A stretch of DNA of 64,000 nt from NCBI GenBank assembly GCA_965207225.1, contig CBDBLV010000004.1:64001-128000 (forward strand), written 5' to 3'. This DNA is from Dehalococcoidia bacterium. Lineage in GTDB: Bacteria; Chloroflexota; Dehalococcoidia; Plut-88900. Position numbers and translations under genes: made by a program. Shown here in pieces: positions 57,787-64,000 of the stretch; the stretch's first letter is position 1, and every line of letters starts with the position of its first letter. Under the pieces are notes generated by a model. The model saw nothing but the letters and a program-made list of their open reading frames with translations, searched no databases and was not told the origin of the DNA.

Positions 57787-59133
57787 TCAGTCCCTGGTGT
57801 TGCTGAGGGAAGGCTGGGGTGTACGGACCTCCAGGGAGCGGGCGTGGGAGTCGAAGCCCTCCTGCCTTGCGATCCGGATTCCATGGGGCAAGAGGGGGGT
57901 CGATTCCTCCTCCGAGAGGGAGATGATGGAGGTCGATTTGAGGAAATCGTTGACGCCGAGCGCGGAGCTAAAGCGGGCTGCGCCGGCGGTGGGGAGGGCG
58001 TGGCTCGGGCCTGCGACGTAATCCCCGAGGACGTGGGGAGAGTGGTCTCCCAGGAAAAGGGCCCCGGAGTTCCTCACCAGATCCACGTAGCTTTCGGAAT
58101 CTTGAACCATGAGGCAGAGGTGCTCCGGGGCATATAGGTTGGACAGTTCAATGGCCTGCTCTATGGAGTCGGTCACGATGATTGCGCCGTTGGCGTCCAT
58201 GGACCTGGTGAGGATATCAAGTCGCTCGGAGCGGCTTCGGAGGTCGGAGAGTTCGGATTCTACGCTTTGGGCTAGAGATGGAGAGTTGGTGATGAGGATG
58301 GAGACGGAGTCGGGGTCGTGTTCGGCCTGCGCGAGGATGTCGGCGGCGCACCAGGCCGGTGAAACGTGTTCGTCGGCGATGGTGACGGCCTCAGTCGGGC
58401 CCTGGATGGTGTCGATGCCGACCGTTCCAAAGACCATGCGCTTGGCGGTCTGCACGAAAACGTTGCCGGGGCCGAATATCTTGTCGACGGCGGGGACGGA
58501 TTCGGTGCCGTAGGCGAGGGCGGCGATTGCCTGTGCTCCCCCGACGGCAAACACCCTATCCACACGAGCGATAGCGGCAGCAGCGAGGACTACGGGAGCG
58601 ATTGAGCCGTCCGGGCGGGGGGGTGTGACCAGGATCACTTCCCGGACGCCGGCAACTCGGGCGGGGATGGCTGTCATGAGGACGGTGGATGGGTAGACAG
58701 CGGTGCCGCCGGGAACGTAGAGGCCAGCCCTCTCGATGGACGTGACCCGCTGCCCAAGTCCCTTGCTCCTGAAATCACGGATGGCGTGGCGTGCTAGCTC
58801 GGTCTGGTAGGCCTCAATGCGTTGGGCGGCGAACCTGAGGGAATCGGCGACGTGGACCGGGATTTCATCCAGGGCTTCGTTCAACTGGGACTGGGGAACT
58901 TCAAAGCGGTCGGGGGAGAGATCGTGGATACGGAAAACATAGTCAAACAGGGCAGAGTCGCCCTTGGTGCGGACGTCGTCGAGGATGCGAGATACGGCGT
59001 CGGACAGGGAGAGAGGCTCGCCGAATACGCGCTCAATGCCGGCGGCGACCCCGGGGTTAATGGAGTCGTCGGGGGCGGCGTGAAGGCGGTGGAGGAAAGC
59101 GCGGGCCTCGTTGAGGTCGGTAATAACCCTCAC
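57787..59133 (-). CDS. hisD: Histidinol dehydrogenase
   Basis: YVPGG.AVYPST, GGAQAIAALAYG, GPGN, QAEHD, APEHL, GDYVAGPSHALPT. Confidence 0.97.
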   Translation of the reverse strand: MRVITDLNEARAFLHRLHAAPDDSINPGVAAGIERVFGEPLSLSDAVSRILDDVRTKGDSALFDYVFRIHDLSPDRFEVPQSQLNEALDEIPVHVADSLRFAAQRIEAYQTELARHAIRDFRSKGLGQRVTSIERAGLYVPGGTAVYPSTVLMTAIPARVAGVREVILVTPPRPDGSIAPVVLAAAAIARVDRVFAVGGAQAIAALAYGTESVPAVDKIFGPGNVFVQTAKRMVFGTVGIDTIQGPTEAVTIADEHVSPAWCAADILAQAEHDPDSVSILITNSPSLAQSVESELSDLRSRSERLDILTRSMDANGAIIVTDSIEQAIELSNLYAPEHLCLMVQDSESYVDLVRNSGALFLGDHSPHVLGDYVAGPSHALPTAGAARFSSALGVNDFLKSTSIISLSEEESTPLLPHGIRIARQEGFDSHARSLEVRTPQPSLSNTRD

Positions 59134-59876
59134 GATAGATACTCCCCGGCAATGACGACGAACTGGTCGATAGCCTTGGCCCGATAGGCGGCAATGACAT
59201 GGTCGGGGGCCTGAGCCCTGGCTTTCTCGAGGAGGTCGGGGCCCCGGGCGATGACGGAATTCATGGTGTTTTCGTCGTCTTTAAGGTGTTGGGGGAGGGC
59301 CTTCCTGACGAATCGCCTGAGGTGGTCCCAGCCGAGGTCCATGGAGGTGCGCTCGGTCATGACCTCCTTCCAGCGGCCCAAGAGTTCGGGGTCTATGAAG
59401 GATACGTTGACACCGACATCGGAGCTTTTGAGGGCATCGAGAACGGCGTCCAAGTCCCGGATGCCGTTGCGTTCCCGCTTGTCCATGTCGAACTGGAGGA
59501 CACGGTCGAGGACGTTGGTTATGGGGTCGGAGGGGGCCTTTTTGCCGAAGCAGGGGCGATAGACCTGGGCTATCCAGTATTCGTCGGTGACGAGGTGGCA
59601 CATATAGCCGAGGACGAAGGCGCGGGTCTCGTGGCCGAGGCCTGCGGCGTCGGCTAGCTCGGGGTAGGTCTCGAAGAGGCCCTGGATGCCCCTGCCAGGC
59701 TCGTCCTTTGCGAGGTCAAAGAAGTGGGTGCTGTAGCGGTCCCACCCGGCGAGGTTCCGGACGTCGGGGGCGGTGGAGCCGAGGAGGTAGCTGCCGGAGT
59801 AGTCGGACAGGAGGGGGTGGCCCAGGGCTCGGGCGGCGTCATCGGCAAAGGAGATGTGAAGCGAGGTGTTGGGCAT
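59130..59876 (-). CDS. Zinc-dependent phospholipase C family (PLC/P1 nuclease fold) protein
   Basis: MP....H, LGSTAPD, THF, GYMCHLVTD. Start ATG 59876 lies 7 bp after the hisG stop, and the stop overlaps the hisD GTG. Confidence 0.8.
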   Translation of the reverse strand: MPNTSLHISFADDAARALGHPLLSDYSGSYLLGSTAPDVRNLAGWDRYSTHFFDLAKDEPGRGIQGLFETYPELADAAGLGHETRAFVLGYMCHLVTDEYWIAQVYRPCFGKKAPSDPITNVLDRVLQFDMDKRERNGIRDLDAVLDALKSSDVGVNVSFIDPELLGRWKEVMTERTSMDLGWDHLRRFVRKALPQHLKDDENTMNSVIARGPDLLEKARAQAPDHVIAAYRAKAIDQFVVIAGEYLS

Positions 59877-59883
59877 CCGACCG

Positions 59884-60903
59884 CTATACGGAAGTCTCAA
59901 CGGAGGCCCGGCCGAGCTGTTCGAGCAGGTTGTCGTATGCCGAGCACTTTGCCTCGAATACGTAGGTGGTCGGGAACAGGATGATGCCGTTGCCGCCGAT
60001 TGCACGAAGGTGGTCAAGGGCGGTGATGACCTTATCCCGGCCAACCACCATGGTAACGGCGTACCAACCAGTCTGGCCCTCCTTGCTGAATACCTGGGAG
60101 ACGGTCGGGCCTTCGATGCCGGCGATCTCGGGGTGGTCCTGGATGTGGCCGGCGATCTGCTCGGGGGAGTCTCCACGGATGTTGGCGATAATGCTGTAGT
60201 ATTCGGAGGCCCGGAGATGTCCTTCAATAAGTTCCAGCATTATCCGGACGCCAGCGAGGGCTTCTTCATCATTGCTGAGAAGGTCTCGGTTGGCAAACAA
60301 GCAGGCCTGAGATTTTACGACCGTCCCGCCGGAGATGGTCTTGAGCTGGTTCTCCCGCAGGGTGTTGCCGCTGGACGTGATGTCTACGATGAAGTCGGCG
60401 TAACCCATGGCGGGAGCGGCTTCCAGGGTGCCGCCCGCTTCGATGATAGAGAACTTGGAGACACCCCGTTCTTGCAGGTATTTTCCGGTGAGTCGGGGGT
60501 ACTTAGTGGCGACACGGAGGGGTTTGCCCTGGGTGACGTACTTCCCCGAAAGGTCCACGAGGTCATCTGCATTGGAAATATCTTCCCAGGACTCGGGGAC
60601 GGCGATCACGAGATCGGCCCCGCGAAAGCCCAGGCTTTCAACGAGGAGCATGCCAGCGCCATCATCGGGGTGGGCTTCAAGGTACTGGTCCAGGCCTGCA
60701 ATGCCTATCTCGGCGGCGCCGGCTTCTACCTGGCGCGGGATATCGGCGGCGCGCTGGAAAAGGACTACGGCGTCCGGGACGGCGGGCATGCGGCCCGTGT
60801 AGCGTCGGGAGGTGACCCTCTGAACAGCGAGGCCACAGGAATCAAGGAAATCAAGGGTCGGGTCCTGCCAGTCGGCGTTGCTGGGGAGGGCTATGCGGAG
60901 CAT
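59884..60903 (-). CDS. hisG: ATP phosphoribosyltransferase (long form)
   Basis: LRIALP, RAADIP, RVATKYP, GTLEAAP, DITSSGNTLREN.L, plus a C-terminal regulatory domain (GPTVS). Confidence 0.95.
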   Translation of the reverse strand: MLRIALPSNADWQDPTLDFLDSCGLAVQRVTSRRYTGRMPAVPDAVVLFQRAADIPRQVEAGAAEIGIAGLDQYLEAHPDDGAGMLLVESLGFRGADLVIAVPESWEDISNADDLVDLSGKYVTQGKPLRVATKYPRLTGKYLQERGVSKFSIIEAGGTLEAAPAMGYADFIVDITSSGNTLRENQLKTISGGTVVKSQACLFANRDLLSNDEEALAGVRIMLELIEGHLRASEYYSIIANIRGDSPEQIAGHIQDHPEIAGIEGPTVSQVFSKEGQTGWYAVTMVVGRDKVITALDHLRAIGGNGIILFPTTYVFEAKCSAYDNLLEQLGRASVETSV

Positions 60904-60977
60904 GGTCTCTGGGGAGGGTTGTAGAGCGGTCTATTCATAAGTTCAAGCGGGTAAATTCTAACCTAGGTGGGAAGGGG

Positions 60978-61394
60978 TCAGCGGGCGCAGAGGAATTCGA
61001 ATTCCACGAAGAAGCCGGGTCGGGCGAGGGCGGCGATTCTTCTCAGCTGGCCTGCGGCAGGTTTAACTTCTACGTCCTTGAAGCAGTCAGCCCATATCTG
61101 GAAGATGGCGGGGTGATGCTCTGCCATGTCGACTTCCATGGTGTAGGTGGCTTCGACGCGGATTACGTCATCAAGGGACCAGCCTTCGTCGTTTAGCATG
61201 CCGACCAGTGAGTCGAAGACGGCCCGGGTCTGGGCTACGGGGTCGCCGGGGTGGCGGACGTTGCCTTCGGGGTCGGCGTCTATCTGGCCGGTAAGGAAAA
61301 GAAGCTCGCTAAAGTTGGAGACTTTAAGCCCCCAATTGAATACGTGGCTACGGTCGGGGGCGTTTGGCTGGAGCAGGGCTTTCTTGGTGGCCAT
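60978..61394 (-). CDS. RidA/YjgF family protein
   Basis: LFLTGQI, AQTRAVFDSL..ML, DVIRV, ALARPG..VE.E. Confidence 0.85.
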   Translation of the reverse strand: MATKKALLQPNAPDRSHVFNWGLKVSNFSELLFLTGQIDADPEGNVRHPGDPVAQTRAVFDSLVGMLNDEGWSLDDVIRVEATYTMEVDMAEHHPAIFQIWADCFKDVEVKPAAGQLRRIAALARPGFFVEFEFLCAR

Positions 61395-61448
61395 GGTTGT
61401 GGCTCCTTTGTTGGTTTGTTGTGCTTAGGGACTATGCGGGCGGAGAGT

Positions 61449-61474
61449 CGGGCGACCAGCCGGTCGCCTCTGCG
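61449..61474. repeat. Short intergenic palindrome (GGCGACC-N4-GGTCGCC), REP-like
   Basis: 7-bp perfect stem; single copy in the window. Confidence 0.35.
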
Positions 61475-61572
61475 GGGGAATAGAAGGGCAGTGGGACAAT
61501 TTGGAAGTTGCTGTAGTTAGTGGCGCATTGGAAGTCCTCGGGGCCTTGGAATGAGCATTGAAGGGCAGAGGT

Positions 61573-62286
61573 TTAAGTGCGGATCATGATGCCGCCGTCT
61601 ACGAAGAAGGGTTCGCCGGTAGTGAAGGAGCAGGAGTCGGAGGCGAGATAGACGAGGACGCCGGCAAGGTCCTCGGGCCTGCCCCAGCGCTGGGTCGGGA
61701 TGTAGCGCCGGACCTTGTCGGGGAGGGCGTCATCGGAGTCGACGATCCAGCCGCCGACGATGGCGTTGACGCGGATGTTGTCCCGGGCCCACTCGAGGCC
61801 CAGGGCCCGGGTGAGGTGAATGACCCCCGCCTGGGCGGCGGAGAAGGCGGCCTCGTTGACAACCACCCGGGCACCCAGGCCGGAGGCAATATTGACGATG
61901 TGGCCGCTCTGCTGGGCGAGCATGCGGCCGGAGGCAGCCTGACAGGAGACAAAGACAGAGTCTAGGTTATGGTCTATTGCCCTGCGCCATTCTTCGTAGG
62001 ACATTTCGGAGAGGGGCTTGGCGAAGTCTTCCGCAAGGTCATTGACCAGGATGTCAATGCCAGCCATTCCGGCCATGGCGCTGGCAACGGCGGGCTGGAG
62101 GCCGGATGCATCCCGGAACCAGGGGACTGCAGCGGAGGCGGGGGGAGGGGTGACTCCCTCCGGGTGGACGACGGTGAGGATTGCGCCGGCTTCGGTCAGG
62201 GCGTCAGCCAGGACGGAGGCGTTGATGCCGCAACGGGTGACCAGGACGGTCTTCTTGTCCTTAAGGTTGAAGGGAGCGGGGGACAT
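61573..62286 (-). CDS. SDR family protein (atypical N-terminus and catalytic motif)
   Basis: IDILVN, IVNIAS, FSAAQ in place of YxxxK, NIRVNAI, RWGRPED, VDGG. Confidence 0.85.
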   Translation of the reverse strand: MSPAPFNLKDKKTVLVTRCGINASVLADALTEAGAILTVVHPEGVTPPPASAAVPWFRDASGLQPAVASAMAGMAGIDILVNDLAEDFAKPLSEMSYEEWRRAIDHNLDSVFVSCQAASGRMLAQQSGHIVNIASGLGARVVVNEAAFSAAQAGVIHLTRALGLEWARDNIRVNAIVGGWIVDSDDALPDKVRRYIPTQRWGRPEDLAGVLVYLASDSCSFTTGEPFFVDGGIMIRT

Positions 62287-62287
62287 G

Positions 62288-63103
62288 TCAGGCCTCCGGG
62301 GTCGGGGTGAGGGGCTGGTAGCCCCATGGCGCGTATGCGCCGATGAGGGCAGCGCCGTCCACCATGACGTTCTCGCCGGTCATGTAGGAAGAGGCATCGG
62401 AGCAGAGGAGGAGGACGAGGTCGACGAGATCCCTGGCCGTAGCGACGTAGCCCACGGGGATGAAACGGTGGGAACGATCTTCTATGGGCTTTTCCATGTC
62501 CTCCGGGAGGGTGTGGAAGAGGCCGGGGACGACGCAGTTGACGTTGACGTTGTCCCGGGCCCACTGCATGGCAAGGACCCGAGTTAGCTGGATGACGCCC
62601 GCCTTGGCCACACCGTACATGACCTGACCGCGTTGGGTGCCATAGCCGAATCCCGACGAAACGTTGATGATCTTTCCATACTGCTGCTCGACCATGTACT
62701 TGCCCGCGGCCCGGGCACAGAAAAAGGAGCCTGTGAGCTCGCCGTCTATGCCCCTGTGCCAAACCTCGTCGGTGATTTCCCAGACGGCTTTTTCAGGGTC
62801 GTCGGCGCCGGAGATTCCGGCGTTGTTGATGAGGATATCGATGCGGCCGAAATGGGAGACGGTACGGTCTACGAGGGCATTTACCTGGGAGGAGTCGGTG
62901 ACATCGGTGGGGACGGCTAAAGCCCTATGCCCCGTGGCATGTATGTCGTCCACAGTCTGCTGGAGGGGCCCTGGTCTACGACCTGCTACAACGACCGAAG
63001 CGCCGAGCTTGCCCAGCCCAATGGCCACCTCCCTGCCCAGACCCGAGCCACCGCCCGTGACAAGGGCCACGCGTCCCGAAAAGTCGTATGGGTCAGTAGT
63101 CAT
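62288..63103 (-). CDS. SDR family oxidoreductase
   Basis: TGGGSGLG, NNAG, YGVAK, VNCVVPG, VDG. Confidence 0.92.
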   Translation of the reverse strand: MTTDPYDFSGRVALVTGGGSGLGREVAIGLGKLGASVVVAGRRPGPLQQTVDDIHATGHRALAVPTDVTDSSQVNALVDRTVSHFGRIDILINNAGISGADDPEKAVWEITDEVWHRGIDGELTGSFFCARAAGKYMVEQQYGKIINVSSGFGYGTQRGQVMYGVAKAGVIQLTRVLAMQWARDNVNVNCVVPGLFHTLPEDMEKPIEDRSHRFIPVGYVATARDLVDLVLLLCSDASSYMTGENVMVDGAALIGAYAPWGYQPLTPTPEA

Positions 63104-63113
63104 CAGTTCAGCC

Positions 63114-63920
63114 TCAAGTGTGCAGGGTCACTTCGCCGGAAACGAGGGTTTTGAGTTCGCCGTCTTCGGTGCGGAGAAGCAGTCGGCCGAACTCGTCAAC
63201 GTCTTTAGCGAGGCCCACTTCGACGAAACCGGCCATGTCCTCCCTGCGCCATTGTACACGAACCTGCTGTCCCAAGGTGACCAGATATGAGCGCCACAGG
63301 TCCAACAGGTCCGCGCCTGAGAGGGCTTCCAAATAGAGTTTCTCCAGGTGAAAAAGGAGCGCGCAGAAGACTTGGACACGGGAGACGGGTTGGCCTAGCT
63401 GGGCACGTAGCGCTGTAGCAGGTGGAGAGATTTGGGCGAGGGATTCGGGGGTCTGGTTTACATTGATGCCTATGCCTGCGTTGACGTAGGGCTTGCCGCT
63501 GCGGTCTCGGCTGGAGGTGAGGAGAATACCCGAGGTCTTCTTGCCATTGAGCAAAACATCATTGGGCCACTTGATGCGCGGTTCCAGGCACGTGGCGGTC
63601 TCTATGGCGCGGGCGACGGCGAGGGAACAGACGATGTGGAGCCGGGCGGTGATGGGGGGTGGGGGGCGCAGGATGATGGAAACGGCAATGGTGGTGTTTT
63701 TCTCGGCGACCCACTCCCGTTCGAAGCGGCCGCGGCCGGCAGTCTGGTCATCGGCCACAACAGCCGTGCCCTCGGGGGCGCCGGCCAGGGCCTTCATGTC
63801 GGCGACGTCCATGGTGGTGGGGAGGGATTCGTAGAAGAAAAGCTCGCGGCCGATGAAGGAAGTGGAGAGGTTGCGGCTTATGAAGTCGTAGGTGAAGGGT
63901 TCGGAGTCGGAAGGGGTCAA
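63114..63920 (-). CDS. birA: Biotin--[acetyl-CoA carboxylase] ligase (no HTH domain)
   Basis: QTAGRGR, KWPND, K..GIL, GIGINVN, GRLLL, SGEV. Confidence 0.94.
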   Translation of the reverse strand: MTPSDSEPFTYDFISRNLSTSFIGRELFFYESLPTTMDVADMKALAGAPEGTAVVADDQTAGRGRFEREWVAEKNTTIAVSIILRPPPPITARLHIVCSLAVARAIETATCLEPRIKWPNDVLLNGKKTSGILLTSSRDRSGKPYVNAGIGINVNQTPESLAQISPPATALRAQLGQPVSRVQVFCALLFHLEKLYLEALSGADLLDLWRSYLVTLGQQVRVQWRREDMAGFVEVGLAKDVDEFGRLLLRTEDGELKTLVSGEVTLHT

Positions 63921-64000
63921 GAAGCGAGCTCCATGTCCCTGAGGATGGCGTGAGCGGCGTTGTGGCCAGGGGCACCGGAAACGTAGCCGCCCGGGTGAGT
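63917..64000 (-). CDS. C-terminus of a phytoene-dehydrogenase-like NAD(P)/FAD oxidoreductase (partial)
   Basis: THPGGYVSGAPGHNAAHAILRDMELAS*; its TGA overlaps the birA TTG. Confidence 0.8.
   Translation of the reverse strand, partial: THPGGYVSGAPGHNAAHAILRDMELAS

Noticed and set aside
59877-60227. Extended 365-aa version of the Zn-PLC ORF
   Set aside because: It overlaps hisG in another frame; the family motif starts at MPNTSLH (59876).

Overview
High-GC bacterial chromosomal window. Gene content points to Chloroflexota, class Dehalococcoidia (SAR202-like); this is inference from six luciferase-like monooxygenase (LLM) genes, three amidohydro_2 genes, several SDRs and the housekeeping gene order. 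Bases 1-40.7 kb are mostly accessory catabolic and transport genes: MFS and ABC transporters, a tandem array of four LLM paralogues, a fused hydantoinase/oxoprolinase, methyltransferases and an LprG/P55-like pair next to plsY. Bases 40.7-64 kb are housekeeping: tsaC-pgk-apgM-tpiA-miaA-dapF-dapL-hflX, guaA-purDEBC-purS, hisG-[Zn hydrolase]-hisDCB and birA. I found no tRNA, rRNA, CRISPR array, integrase or transposase. Intergenic regions carry three REP-like repeat families and a composite hairpin element, with every copy I found in the same orientation, and the + strand looks strongly G-rich throughout. Best leads: (1) a 27.7-28.9 kb module with a small basic protein gene, a helically phased GATTGAA array and XerD-like half-sites; (2) a Zn-dependent PLC-fold gene coupled inside a his operon that has no histidinol phosphatase; (3) an LprG-P55-like lipid export locus; (4) a composite repeat whose 19-bp stem is fully replaced between copies; (5) a dif-like site with no skew switch; (6) a probable ATA start codon for hflX. 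All product calls come from motif recognition by eye, not from database searches.
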